From Candidatus Parcubacteria bacterium (GTDB lineage: Bacteria; Patescibacteriota; Patescibacteriia; UBA1558; GWA2-36-10): a DNA stretch of 64,000 nt. Below are positions 9,821 through 20,400 of this stretch, piece by piece; position 1 is the first letter of the stretch; each line of letters begins with the position of its first letter. The notes beneath the pieces were generated by a model. The model made no database searches. It was not told where the DNA came from and worked only from the letters and a program-made list of their open reading frames with translations. The position numbers and the translations under genes are program-made. Where the stretch lies: positions 3,022 through 67,021 of the forward strand of contig JABJNO010000025.1 of the NCBI GenBank assembly GCA_018664825.1. The letters are read 5' to 3'.

Positions 9821-12682
9821 ATGGTAAAAAAGACAGATTATAATCCTAACCGCATTGATGCCAAATGGCAAAAATTTTGGGATAAAAATAAAACATATAC
9901 AACTCCTGATAAAAAGGGAGATAATTTTTATGCTTTGGTAGAATTTCCTTATCCTTCTGGTGATGGATTGCATACAGGGCATTTACGTTCTTATACTGCC
10001 CTGGATGTGATATCTAGGAAAAAAAGGATGGAAGGTAAAAATGTTTTGTATCCGATGGGATTTGATGCTTTTGGATTGCCAGCTGAAAATTTTGCTATCA
10101 AGACAAATACAGCTCCCGAAATAACTACAAAAAAAAATATAGCCAATTATATATCTCAGATGAAGAGCGTTGGTTTGAGTTTTGATTGGGACAGAGGCTT
10201 TTCTACCACTGACCCAGATTATTATCGGTGGACTCAATGGATTTTTATCCAAATGTTCAAAAAAGGCCTAGCTTACAAATCAGTAGAAAATATCAATTGG
10301 TGTAATTCATGTAAAATTGGCTTGGCCAATGAAGAAGTTGTTGCTGGAGTTTGTGAGCGTTGCGGGGGAGAGGTGGTCAAAAAAGAAAAAGAACAGTGGA
10401 TGCTCAAGATTACAGAATATGCAGATAGACTGATAGACGGACTTGATAATATAGATTTTCTAGAATCTATCAAAAAACAACAAAAAGATTGGATAGGCAA
10501 GAGCGAGGGAGCGGAGGTTGATTTTAAAATAAAAGATACAAAAGAGACATTAAAAGTATTTACCACGCGTCCTGATACCTTGTTTGGGGCTACTTTTATG
10601 GTACTTGCTCCTGAACATCCGAACGTTCATGCTTTGGAAGGTAAAATTAGCAATTTAGTAGAAGTAAAAAAATATATATCTCATGCCAAGAAAAAGACCG
10701 ATGAAGAACGAGGCGCTGAGGACAAGCCAAAAACTGGCGTTGAGCTAGAAGGTATCAAAGCTATCAATCCAGTCAACAATGAGGAAATTCCTATTTTTGT
10801 AGCTGATTATATTATGATGGGTTATGGCACAGGAGCTATCATGGCTGTACCTGGACATGATCAACGTGATTATGACTTTGCCAAAAAATATAATTTGGAA
10901 ATTCGAGAAGTAATAGAGCCTTTATTTAGCAAGAACGAAGGCAAGGATGCTTTTCGAGAAGATGAAAAGATTATTGAGAGAGATGCAGCTGTCTGTGTAG
11001 TCAAGCACTGGAAAGAAGATAGGTATATTTGTTTGCAGTGGAAAAATGTAGACTGGCATGGACTGATTGTGGGTGGCATCAAAGACGGAGAAGATGCAGT
11101 GGAGGCTGCCAAAAGAGAAATAGAAGAAGAAACTGGTTATGCTAGCGCCAAATTTGTCAAAGAACTTGGTGGTAAAATACATGCTCAGTTTTATCAAACC
11201 TTGAAAAAAGAAAATCGCCGAGCTCATTTTCATGGATTATATTTTGAGCTTGAGGATGACAAAAATGTTGGTATTTCTGAAAAAGAGCAGGCTATCCATG
11301 ATGTAAAATGGATAGATAAGGATCAAGTAGAGAGTTTTCTCAATGTACCAGACATGAAGCTAATGTGGAGAAGACTACATGAGTGCGAAGCTTATAGTGG
11401 AGACGGGATTGCAGTAAATTCTGGAGAGTTTGATGGTCTAGAAACACTTGAGTTCAAACAAAAAATAACAAAATGGCTGGAGAAAAATAAAGTAGGCAAG
11501 TCAGCTACAAATTATAAATTGCATGATTGGATATTTTCTCGTCAGAGATATTGGGGTGAGCCAATTCCAATGATAAAATGTACAGAATGTGGGTGGTTAC
11601 CAGTGCCAGATGATGAGCTACCGGTTACTTTGCCAAAAGTGGATGACTTCAAGCCTGGTGATGACGGAGAGTCTCCGCTGGCCAAGATGATTAGTTGGGT
11701 AAATACCACTTGTCCCAAGTGCGGTAAGTTTGCCAAGCGCGAAACTGACGTCATGCCAAACTGGGCTGGCTCAAATTGGTATTTTATTCGTTTTTGTGAT
11801 CCAAAAAACAGCCAAGAACTTGTAGATAAGGAAAAAGCCGAAATGTGGTTACCGGTTGATTGGTACAACGGCGGCATGGAGCATACTACTTTGCATCTTT
11901 TGTATTCTCGTTTTGTTTTCAAATTTTTATTTGATATTGGTGCAGTTCCAAAGAGTATTGGTGATGAACCATACAAAAAAAGAACAGCCCAAGGTATGAT
12001 TTTGGGTGAAGGTGGTATCAAGATGTCCAAATCAAAAGGCAATGTCATCAACCCAGATGATTATGTAGCAAAGTATGGGGCTGATACTCTGAGGGTATAT
12101 GAGATGTTTATGGGTCCTTTTGATCAATCGATTGCTTGGGACGACAAAGGTGTCAAAGGAGTACATAAATTTTTGAATAAAGCTTGGAGTTTACAATATA
12201 AAGTTGGGAAGTCAGACGTTGATCAAGGTACTCTTCATAAGAGTATCAAAAAGGTTAGCGAAGATATTGATAATATGCGTTTTAATACTGCAATTTCTCA
12301 GCTTATGATTTTATCAAATGAGCTAGATAAACAATCAAGTATCCCGAAAGATATTTTTGAAAAATTCGTTTTGATATTATCTCCATTTGCGCCGCATTTG
12401 GCAGAGGAGCTTTGGAATAGCCTAGGTCACAAAGATAGCTTGGCTCATGAAAAATGGCCTAAATATGATGGAGGTTTGGCCAAAGATGATAGTATTGTGA
12501 TTGGTATCCAGATCAATGGCAAAGTCAGGGACGAGATTGAGCTGCCTACTGATACAGAGCCAAGTAAAGAAATAGAAAAACAGATTTTATCTCAAGACAA
12601 AGTCAAGAAGCATATTGGAGATAAAAAAATTGTAAAATTTATACACATTAAAAATAAAATAATTAGTATCGTAGTAAAATAA
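9821..12682 (+). CDS. leuS: leucyl-tRNA synthetase carrying an inserted NUDIX hydrolase domain
   Basis: HIGH motif (HTGHLRSY), editing-domain motifs (TTRPDTLFGAT, GTGAIMAVPGHDQRDYDFA) and KMSKS (KMSKSKGN). About 160 extra residues (nt ~10919-11395) between the editing domain and the catalytic-core re-entry contain a NUDIX box GGIKDGEDAVEAAKREIEEETGY. Start set at the second ATG (9821) because the first 11 codons overlap a TATAAT -10 element. Confidence 0.9.
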   Translation: MVKKTDYNPNRIDAKWQKFWDKNKTYTTPDKKGDNFYALVEFPYPSGDGLHTGHLRSYTALDVISRKKRMEGKNVLYPMGFDAFGLPAENFAIKTNTAPEITTKKNIANYISQMKSVGLSFDWDRGFSTTDPDYYRWTQWIFIQMFKKGLAYKSVENINWCNSCKIGLANEEVVAGVCERCGGEVVKKEKEQWMLKITEYADRLIDGLDNIDFLESIKKQQKDWIGKSEGAEVDFKIKDTKETLKVFTTRPDTLFGATFMVLAPEHPNVHALEGKISNLVEVKKYISHAKKKTDEERGAEDKPKTGVELEGIKAINPVNNEEIPIFVADYIMMGYGTGAIMAVPGHDQRDYDFAKKYNLEIREVIEPLFSKNEGKDAFREDEKIIERDAAVCVVKHWKEDRYICLQWKNVDWHGLIVGGIKDGEDAVEAAKREIEEETGYASAKFVKELGGKIHAQFYQTLKKENRRAHFHGLYFELEDDKNVGISEKEQAIHDVKWIDKDQVESFLNVPDMKLMWRRLHECEAYSGDGIAVNSGEFDGLETLEFKQKITKWLEKNKVGKSATNYKLHDWIFSRQRYWGEPIPMIKCTECGWLPVPDDELPVTLPKVDDFKPGDDGESPLAKMISWVNTTCPKCGKFAKRETDVMPNWAGSNWYFIRFCDPKNSQELVDKEKAEMWLPVDWYNGGMEHTTLHLLYSRFVFKFLFDIGAVPKSIGDEPYKKRTAQGMILGEGGIKMSKSKGNVINPDDYVAKYGADTLRVYEMFMGPFDQSIAWDDKGVKGVHKFLNKAWSLQYKVGKSDVDQGTLHKSIKKVSEDIDNMRFNTAISQLMILSNELDKQSSIPKDIFEKFVLILSPFAPHLAEELWNSLGHKDSLAHEKWPKYDGGLAKDDSIVIGIQINGKVRDEIELPTDTEPSKEIEKQILSQDKVKKHIGDKKIVKFIHIKNKIISIVVK

Positions 12683-12691
12683 AAACAAAAA

Positions 12692-13849
12692 ATGCCCCTA
12701 ATTGATGATTATAAAAAAATAGGTTTTTCCAAAGGACTAATTTCTTTGTGGTTTGGAAAAATGTTTTTAGATTTTGGTGGTAATATTTTTGCTCTATTTT
12801 TCCCTATCCTATTGTATACTCATTTTGAGAGCTACAATTTGATGATTGCCTATTTTGTATTGGGGTCAATTTTTTATTTTTTTGCAGCTCCTCTGGGAGC
12901 CAAAGCAATGAATGTCATTGGTATCAAAAAGAGTATTTTGATTTCCAATATTTTCCGGATTCCTTATTTTTTGGCTATATACAAGTTTCCAGAAGAACCT
13001 TTGTTGTATGCTGCTATAGCTGTTGTTTCGGTCACATTTATGCGCAGCTCTTTCTGGCTACCCTTTCAGACGGATAGTGCCAAATTTTCTAGCAAAAAGA
13101 ATAGAGGCAAACAGTTCAGCGTTATATTTTCTATTTCCTCAGCCTTGGCGATTGTAGCACCGATAATAGGTGGATTTATTTTGGACACTTGGGACTTTGG
13201 AGTTTTAGCTATAGTCTCTCTGTGTGTTAGCTTGCTATCAACAATTCCGTTTTATTTTTTACCAGAAACCAAAGAAGAGGTTTCTTGGAGTTATCGAGAG
13301 ACGTTTAAATATTTTTTTCATCCTTTCAATCGACGCATGGTAGTGGCCTATATGTCTGATGGGGCAGTAGGGGTGATCGGTGGTGTATTTTGGCCATTAT
13401 TTATTTTTTCTATCTTTGATGAAAAGTTCAAAGCCCTAGGTCTAGTGTCAGGTGGAATTTTGTTGGTTGGTATGGTTTTACGTTTGGTGATGGGTGGTTT
13501 ACTTGATAAGTTCAAAAAAGTAAAACTGGTAAAAATTGGTACTTTTTTGAGTTCAACTGCCTGGTTATTGAAAGCTGCCGTAGTGACAACTTTTCATGTT
13601 TTTGCAGTTTCTATTTATCATACCTTGGCTATGATAGTTTTGCGGACATCTTTGGATACCCTAGTGTATGAAAAAGCGGCTGATAGAGGACATTATATTG
13701 ATGAATATACCCTAATCAAAGAAATGTCTATCCATCTGGGTAGGGTATTGATATTGTTGTTGATTGCTGGGTTACTAATATTTTTACCGATGCAAGCAAC
13801 GTTTATTTTGGCTTCAGTAGCTACATTATTTATTATCTTACTTAAATAA
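12692..13849 (+). CDS. polytopic membrane transporter, MFS-like (about 12 TM)
   Basis: Hydropathy pattern throughout. Paralogous in architecture to 14473..15648. Confidence 0.45.
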   Translation: MPLIDDYKKIGFSKGLISLWFGKMFLDFGGNIFALFFPILLYTHFESYNLMIAYFVLGSIFYFFAAPLGAKAMNVIGIKKSILISNIFRIPYFLAIYKFPEEPLLYAAIAVVSVTFMRSSFWLPFQTDSAKFSSKKNRGKQFSVIFSISSALAIVAPIIGGFILDTWDFGVLAIVSLCVSLLSTIPFYFLPETKEEVSWSYRETFKYFFHPFNRRMVVAYMSDGAVGVIGGVFWPLFIFSIFDEKFKALGLVSGGILLVGMVLRLVMGGLLDKFKKVKLVKIGTFLSSTAWLLKAAVVTTFHVFAVSIYHTLAMIVLRTSLDTLVYEKAADRGHYIDEYTLIKEMSIHLGRVLILLLIAGLLIFLPMQATFILASVATLFIILLK

Positions 13850-13851
13850 GA

Positions 13852-14460
13852 ATGGAAGAAATCAGATTGACTAGAGAGAATCGAGTAATTACTTTGCAGA
13901 AAGCTCTGGATGTTTTGAGAGGAGGAGGATTGGTTGTTTATCCTACAGAAACTTCATATGGCTTGGGTTGTGATTTTTACAACAAAAAAGCTATAGAAAA
14001 AATTTACAAAGTAAAAGAGCGTGAGGCTGGTAAGCCTCTTTCTGTGATAGTGCCAGATTTTGTTTACGCTACTTCATTGGTTGATTTTTCAGATGCAGCT
14101 AGAAGATTGGCTATGGAAAATTGGCCAGGACCACTGACACTGGTATTGCCTTTCAAATATTCTGATTGGCAAGGACATAGTGATAAGTATTTGGCCTTGC
14201 GTGTATCGAATCATCCTTTGGCCGGAGACCTGTCTATAAATTTTGGCAATCCGATAGTAGCGACGAGCGCCAATATTTCTCAAAAAGGTGATAGTTATGA
14301 TCCTTATTTTATAGTAGATCAGTTCAAGCAACAAAAATTAAAACCAGACCTGCTCATCAATGTGGGTGAATTGCCAAAAAAACTTCCTTCTACTATCATA
14401 AAAGTAGATGGAGATGATGTAGAAATTTTGCGACAGGGTGGATTGGAAATAAAAATATAA
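13852..14460 (+). CDS. tsaC: L-threonylcarbamoyladenylate synthase (YrdC/TsaC family)
   Basis: LVVYPTETSYGLGCD...KIYKVKEREAGKPLSVIV...LALRVSNHP...IVATSAN are YrdC/Sua5 signature motifs. Size ~200 aa. Confidence 0.8.
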   Translation: MEEIRLTRENRVITLQKALDVLRGGGLVVYPTETSYGLGCDFYNKKAIEKIYKVKEREAGKPLSVIVPDFVYATSLVDFSDAARRLAMENWPGPLTLVLPFKYSDWQGHSDKYLALRVSNHPLAGDLSINFGNPIVATSANISQKGDSYDPYFIVDQFKQQKLKPDLLINVGELPKKLPSTIIKVDGDDVEILRQGGLEIKI

Positions 14461-14472
14461 AAAAATAAAAAT

Positions 14473-15648
14473 ATGCTTCATTTTATTAAAAGTTTTTTGC
14501 CACATAGCATGAAACGTCAGGTTAAAGAGCTCTTTGTCTCTACCACTTTAGTCAACTTTGCTTTGGCTATGGTAATAATTTTTGAGCCGATTTATTTGTA
14601 CAAGATAGGTTACAATCTGCAACATATCATGCTTTTTTACTTGATTGTTTATCTTGTTTATTTTTTTATTATACCTTTTGGTGGAAAGTTTTCTCGAAAA
14701 TTTGGCTATGAGATAGGCCTCTTGGTAGGTACATTTTTGTATATAGCTTTTTATGTGGGGTTGTTTTTTATAGATCAGTTTCCGATGTTATTTTATATAG
14801 TACCACTTGTATATGCCCTACAAAAGACTTTTTATTGGCCAGCTTTTCATGCTGATTTTGCCCATTTTGCTGACAAAAAAGAAGAGGGCAGAGAAATTAG
14901 TGCTATGAACGCAGCTTCTTCGTTGGTTTATATCATTGGGCCTGTTTTGGCTGGTTTTATCATATCTCAATGGGGTTATGGAGCCTTGTTTACAGTTGCT
15001 TCTATTATATTTTTAGCTTCCAATATCCCTACTCTTATTACCAAAGAAAAGTTTAATCCAACTTATTTTTCTTATCGTCAATCCTATAAAAATTTGATAA
15101 AAAAAGAAAATCGTCAAAGTTTGTTTGCTTATGTAGGCTTTGGTGAAGAGCTGGTGGTGATGGTTGTTTGGCCAGTATTTATATCTATTGTGATTGCTGA
15201 TGTGTTCAATTTGGGCTTGGTAGTCACATTAGCCACTCTGATTACCACTGTGGTCACCCTGTATGTAGGCAAGCTTAGTGACTCAAAAGATAAAAGAAGT
15301 ATTTTGTCTTGGGGTAGCTATATTTATTCACTGGGTTGGTTTATTAGAATATTTATTGGCAGTACTGTTGGTGTATTTTTTGTAGATACTTTATCTCGTT
15401 TTGGTAAAAATATTATTTCTATTCCACTTATTGCCCTGACCTATGAAAAGGCCAAGGATGTAGAAGAGGGTAAGAAAAAATCAATTATGAGTAGGATCAT
15501 GTTTTTTGAGATGAGCCTAGTAGCTGGAAAATTATTAACTATTATAGTTATTTATTTAGCCTTATTCTTTATTGGAGACGAAATATTAGCTTTCAAAACT
15601 ACATTTATTTTGGCTGGTGGTATGACTTTGCTTTATATACTTTTATAA
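14473..15648 (+). CDS. polytopic membrane transporter, MFS-like (paralog of 12692..13849)
   Basis: About 12 TM helices with similar N-terminal arrangement to the upstream paralog. Confidence 0.45.
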   Translation: MLHFIKSFLPHSMKRQVKELFVSTTLVNFALAMVIIFEPIYLYKIGYNLQHIMLFYLIVYLVYFFIIPFGGKFSRKFGYEIGLLVGTFLYIAFYVGLFFIDQFPMLFYIVPLVYALQKTFYWPAFHADFAHFADKKEEGREISAMNAASSLVYIIGPVLAGFIISQWGYGALFTVASIIFLASNIPTLITKEKFNPTYFSYRQSYKNLIKKENRQSLFAYVGFGEELVVMVVWPVFISIVIADVFNLGLVVTLATLITTVVTLYVGKLSDSKDKRSILSWGSYIYSLGWFIRIFIGSTVGVFFVDTLSRFGKNIISIPLIALTYEKAKDVEEGKKKSIMSRIMFFEMSLVAGKLLTIIVIYLALFFIGDEILAFKTTFILAGGMTLLYILL

Positions 15649-15649
15649 T

Positions 15650-16483
15650 ATGACAAAAGACGAACTACAATTTTTATTAAAAAAATACAATTTGACCCCA
15701 AACAAGATCAGGGGGCAGAATTTTTTGGTTTCAGATGAGGTTTTGGACGATATTATAGTGGGTTCACAAGTTAACGATACGGATTTGGTGATAGAAGTCG
15801 GCGCTGGTTTAGGGGCTTTGACCCAAAAATTGACAGAAAATGCTGAACAAGTAGTATCTTTGGAAATAGACAAGAATTTGGCTAGACCTCTAGAAAAAAT
15901 AGTAAATCTGACAGATAATTTGGAGATAATCTGGCAAGACATTTTATCTTTTAGCGAGGGGCAGGTAGCTGATGTGTTGTCTAAGTATAAAAAAAGTAAA
16001 TATAAAATAATTGCCAATATACCATATTATCTTACGGGCAAGTTTATCCAAAAATTTTTGACTATAAAATATAAACCAAGCAACATGACCCTGATGGTCC
16101 AAAAAGAAGTGGCCGAAAGGATCATAGTGGGGGATGGTAAACATAGTAAGCTATCTTTGTCAGTGGCTCTATATGCTGAGTCTAAGATAGTAAGAATCGT
16201 AGAAAAAAATAATTTTTATCCTGCTCCAAAAATTGATTCGGCTATAATCCAGATAGATAATATAAAAAATTGGGACTACGATGTTGAAGAAAAAAAAGTT
16301 TGGCAATTGATAAAATTGGGCTTTGCTAGTAAGCGTAAAAAACTGATCAATAATTTGGCAAATGAAAAAAGTTTTGATAAGGATAAATTGAAAAAAGTTT
16401 TCGAAAAATTGGACTTGGACGAGACCATTCGAGCAGAAAAAATTACTGTAGAAAATTGGCTAAAATTGGCTAAAAATTTGTAA
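15650..16483 (+). CDS. rsmA: 16S rRNA (adenine1518/1519-N6)-dimethyltransferase
   Basis: RGQNFLVSDEVLDDII, VIEVGAGLGALTQKL (SAM motif I), ANIPYYLTGKFIQKFL (motif IV NIPY). Confidence 0.85.
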   Translation: MTKDELQFLLKKYNLTPNKIRGQNFLVSDEVLDDIIVGSQVNDTDLVIEVGAGLGALTQKLTENAEQVVSLEIDKNLARPLEKIVNLTDNLEIIWQDILSFSEGQVADVLSKYKKSKYKIIANIPYYLTGKFIQKFLTIKYKPSNMTLMVQKEVAERIIVGDGKHSKLSLSVALYAESKIVRIVEKNNFYPAPKIDSAIIQIDNIKNWDYDVEEKKVWQLIKLGFASKRKKLINNLANEKSFDKDKLKKVFEKLDLDETIRAEKITVENWLKLAKNL

Positions 16484-16496
16484 AAATAAGGGATCT

Positions 16497-16535
16497 TCAA
16501 AAACAACTTTATTAGAAGTTGTTTTATTTTTTAAA
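16497..16535 (+). terminator. rho-independent terminator after rsmA
   Basis: AAACAACTT / AAGTTGTTT hairpin followed by a T-run. Confidence 0.55.
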
Positions 16536-16614
16536 AAAAAGTTGGAGTTACTAAAAAGTCCTTTGGAAATTTGAGAAATTTATGTTATAATAAACATAAT
16601 TCAAAAGTTAATTA

Positions 16615-17403
16615 ATGGCAAAGAAAAATTTTAAAATTCAGGACTATCATAACTCTGAAGATGATCCAAAAGAATCAGCTGATTTTTTGCAACGAGCAAA
16701 TTTGGTAAAACAAAGTGATAGTCACAACCACAAGGTTATTTGGCCTTTTTTAATTTTAAGTATTTTTTTGGTTGCCTTTGGTTTTAGATTTATGTATGGC
16801 AATATCACTGATTCAGTTTCTTATGATGTGCCAGAGTGGGTAGAAGAAGAATTTGCACAAGAAACCGATGCGGAATTAATTGCTAAAATGCAAAAAGATG
16901 ACACAGACGAAGATGGTCTGAGTGATTATCAGGAGCTATATCAATATCATACCAGTATGTTTTTGGCGGATACAGATAGTGATGGCTATACAGATTATGA
17001 AGAGGTCACTTCTGGCAATGACCCGGCATGTCCAAGTGGACAAAGTTGTAATTTGCTCAAATTGATTACTCCTAAGTCAAAAATTAGTGAAGTGATTGAG
17101 GGTGTGGTTGATAATGATGATTTATCTATTGAAGATGCTGCCTTGGCAGAGTTCAAGAAATTTTTGTTGGACAATGGCATGACCCAAGAAGAGCTAGATA
17201 CCTTAACTGATCAAGAACTATTGGTAATCTTGGTAGAAGTGGGTAATCCAGAGGGTGTACCGATGGATATTTTGAGCAGTGAAACAACTCCTGAACAAGT
17301 CAGGAATTTTTTACTTAGTCAGCCAGATGCTGATGAAGAAGAGATAAATAGTCTCACAGACGAAGAATTAGCAGAGATCAAGGAAATTTTATTAACTCCA
17401 TAA
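16615..17403 (+). CDS. small membrane-anchored acidic protein with TSP3-like Ca-binding module (first gene of giant-protein operon)
   Basis: TM at aa ~43-60. DTDEDGLSDYQELYQYHTSMFLADTDSDGYTDYEEVTSGNDPACPSG. 27-nt gap to the next gene. Confidence 0.5.
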   Translation: MAKKNFKIQDYHNSEDDPKESADFLQRANLVKQSDSHNHKVIWPFLILSIFLVAFGFRFMYGNITDSVSYDVPEWVEEEFAQETDAELIAKMQKDDTDEDGLSDYQELYQYHTSMFLADTDSDGYTDYEEVTSGNDPACPSGQSCNLLKLITPKSKISEVIEGVVDNDDLSIEDAALAEFKKFLLDNGMTQEELDTLTDQELLVILVEVGNPEGVPMDILSSETTPEQVRNFLLSQPDADEEEINSLTDEELAEIKEILLTP

Positions 17404-17430
17404 TTTTTAAAATAAAACTAACATAAAAGC

Positions 17431-20400
17431 ATGAAAAGCTACAAAAAAATTCTCTTATTAATTATAGCTATTTTACTAGCTGTTACCCTCATTTTCCCAA
17501 GATTGACCAGAAGTCAATTTGCTACCGTCGATCAACCTTCAACGTTGGGAAACATTTGGAACAAAGTAGAAACGGCTTATGACAAAATTCAGGGTATAGT
17601 TGGGGCTGAACTAGCAAACCGTACTTTTGAAATGTTTTTCAATAGTCTAGCTTATGATGTGGCCACCGAGCTAGCCGAAGGTGGAGCGGGCGGCAAACCT
17701 CAGTTTCGGACAAAGACCATAGGTGAGTATATGGGTAACGCTGGCGGAGCAGCTGTCGGTGAGTTTATTGGTACTCTAAGTGAACAAGCTTTTGAAGATT
17801 TGCGTGTAAATCTCTGTAGTCCAAATGCACTTTCAGTAAAACTTACCTTGTCACTTTCATTGATAGACGAAGAAGCTCCTCCGAAACCGGCTTGTGATTG
17901 GCGTAGGATTCAAAGAGATTGGGGTGATTTTGCTGATAACTTATCTGCTGATTTGATAAAATTCCAGCTTGACCCAAAGAGGGGGGCTACTAGTACTAGG
18001 GCATTTTTCCAGAGTTTTACTATGGAGCAAAGTGATTATGGTGCTTATGCTATATTATTTCAAAAAAAAGAAGAGAAAAAAGAAGAAGCTATAGACGCCA
18101 GTAAGCTTAGTGCCGAAGAGTGTCAGGGGTATCTTGATAAAGCAACTCCAATTACAGATGAGGTAATTACACATTGTTCAGTCACCCAGAGCATGAGTAC
18201 TATGCAATGGTTTATGTCTTGGTCTGCTCAATCTCAAAAACAATGGGAGAAAAAAAATGCAGCTACTAGCAAGAAGTTGGGTACCATCCTAAAAGATGCT
18301 GCTGGTAAATTTTATAGTACTTTTACTTCAAAATTGATGAACAACTGGATCAAAAAAGGAATGTGGTCCTTGTATGATTTATTTGATGGCAATGGTGGTG
18401 GAAAATACAGAAAGGGTTTGATAGAAGCTTTGCGTGGTGATTCTAATATTCGTCAGCCTCGTAATGCTGATATTTTCAAGGAGTTCAAAAAAATAGAGAT
18501 AGTAAAATTGGACGATTATAGTTTTATGGATGATTTCTCTATTTGTCCACCAGAAAAAGATCTAAGAAAACCAGACAACTGCGTGATTGGTACAGATTTT
18601 GTCCAAGCTATTAATTCCAAAAAAACACTGAACGAAGCAATTGCAGAGGGTCTAATAGATCCAAAAACACCCTTGATTAGTCCAGAGGATTTGAATAAAA
18701 ACACTAGCGATAATTGTTATAAAGATAGTTTGTGCTATAAAGATTTGATTAAACTAAGGAAAACCAATGTCATACCAATTGGTTGGGAGATAGCAGCTCA
18801 AAGAAGTTCAGTAGCTTCTCCGGTAAGTTTGGCAGAGGCTATAGAGTGTTTTGAGGATGCTCCAAACTCAAATTGTATTCATGACACAACAGCGGTTTAT
18901 GATATAAATGGAGTTCCGCATAATCCTTTTTATCATTTAGTGGATGGTGATTGGGTGCTCAAAGCTCCAAAATCAAGTTGTGAGGCTTTGGTTTATGCAC
19001 CAGTCTTGGAATCATCACAAAGTACCAACCGTCAACAGTATTGTGCTGATATGACGGTCTGTCTACGTGAAGATGAAAATGGAAATTGTCTTGATGGACA
19101 ATATGGATATTGTACTAAATCAGAGAATATTTGGCGTTTCCGTGGGGATATGTGTGATGATGGTGATATATACAATGGTTGCCTAACTTTTGAAAGTAAT
19201 TATGTAGATGATCCGGGCTCATTTATAGAGAGTAGTTTGGAATATTGTAGTGCTGATCAAGCTGGGTGTAAGCGTTATTCCCAGGAAGTAACAAATAGCG
19301 GAGAATGGTCACTGGGAGTCATATATGTAGATCCAAATGATTTATATTTAAATAGAAGAGAGGAGTCTTGCAACGAAGAGTTTGCAGGTTGTTCTGAATA
19401 TATAGTTTTGGCTCCAAATAGAGGGGTCAATCTTGTGGCAAATGCTGGTTTTAATAATATGGATGGTGATTCGGATGTACCCTTTCCAGATGGTAGGCCA
19501 GATGGTTGGATTGATTTGGCTACTGGCGAAGATAGTGATGGTGTAGAGTATGATGGTGATAGAATAGCCAATGGATATCCGTGGGGAGGCTCGCCTCATG
19601 CGGGTACAGAAAGTCTTTATCAAACAATACCTCTTGTAGAAAATACTACTTATAGGATTTCAGCTTCTGCTGGTAGATATAATAACGCGGTAGCTTCATC
19701 AGGAAGGATATCGATATTATTGTGTGATGTTACGGGTAACTGTGCCAATAATAGTTTGGCAAAGCCTTTGGCAGATGGCGGAGATTGTACTATACCAAAT
19801 CCAGGAGACAACAACCCTAATCTAACTATTTTCCCACCTGCTAGCGGGGAAATGGAGAGGGCAAGTTGTTCTTTTACTACCAATAGTGCAGAAATCGGAG
19901 AAGCACAGTTGTATGTTGTGTCAAACGGTTCAAATGCTAGTTGGTTTGATAATATTAAAGTAGAAGTTGTTGGTGGTCCTGAGATGGCAGCTAGCTCTTA
20001 TACAGAATACGGTGTTGGTGGGGTAGTATATATGAGCGGTAGCACTTTTATGTGTGAACGAGAAGAAGTGGGTTGTCAAGGCTATACTCCTGTTAACGGA
20101 GGCCCTATGGTACCTGGTACTATTTCTGAAGGAGATTTATGTCCTAATGAATGCGTGGGTTATTCTACTTTTGCTCAGCAACCAAATATATATGATATTA
20201 TGGAAGATCCAGCTTCAAATCCACCAGTAGAGTATTATAATTTTATTCCAGATACTGCCAATAGTTGTCCAGATTCAGAAATTGGCTGTGAAGAATTTAC
20301 AAATCTTGATGAAGTAGCTCAGGGCGGTGAAGGAAGAGAGTATTATAGTTTCTTGCGTCAATGTGTAGAGCAGGACTTGGCTGCTACATTTTTTACCTGG

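Noticed and set aside
10273-12051. Multiple 80-170-aa minus-strand ORFs inside leuS, and similar antisense ORFs inside the giant protein and the 26284..28854 gene
   Set aside because: They overlap strongly supported long genes on the opposite strand and have low-complexity translations.
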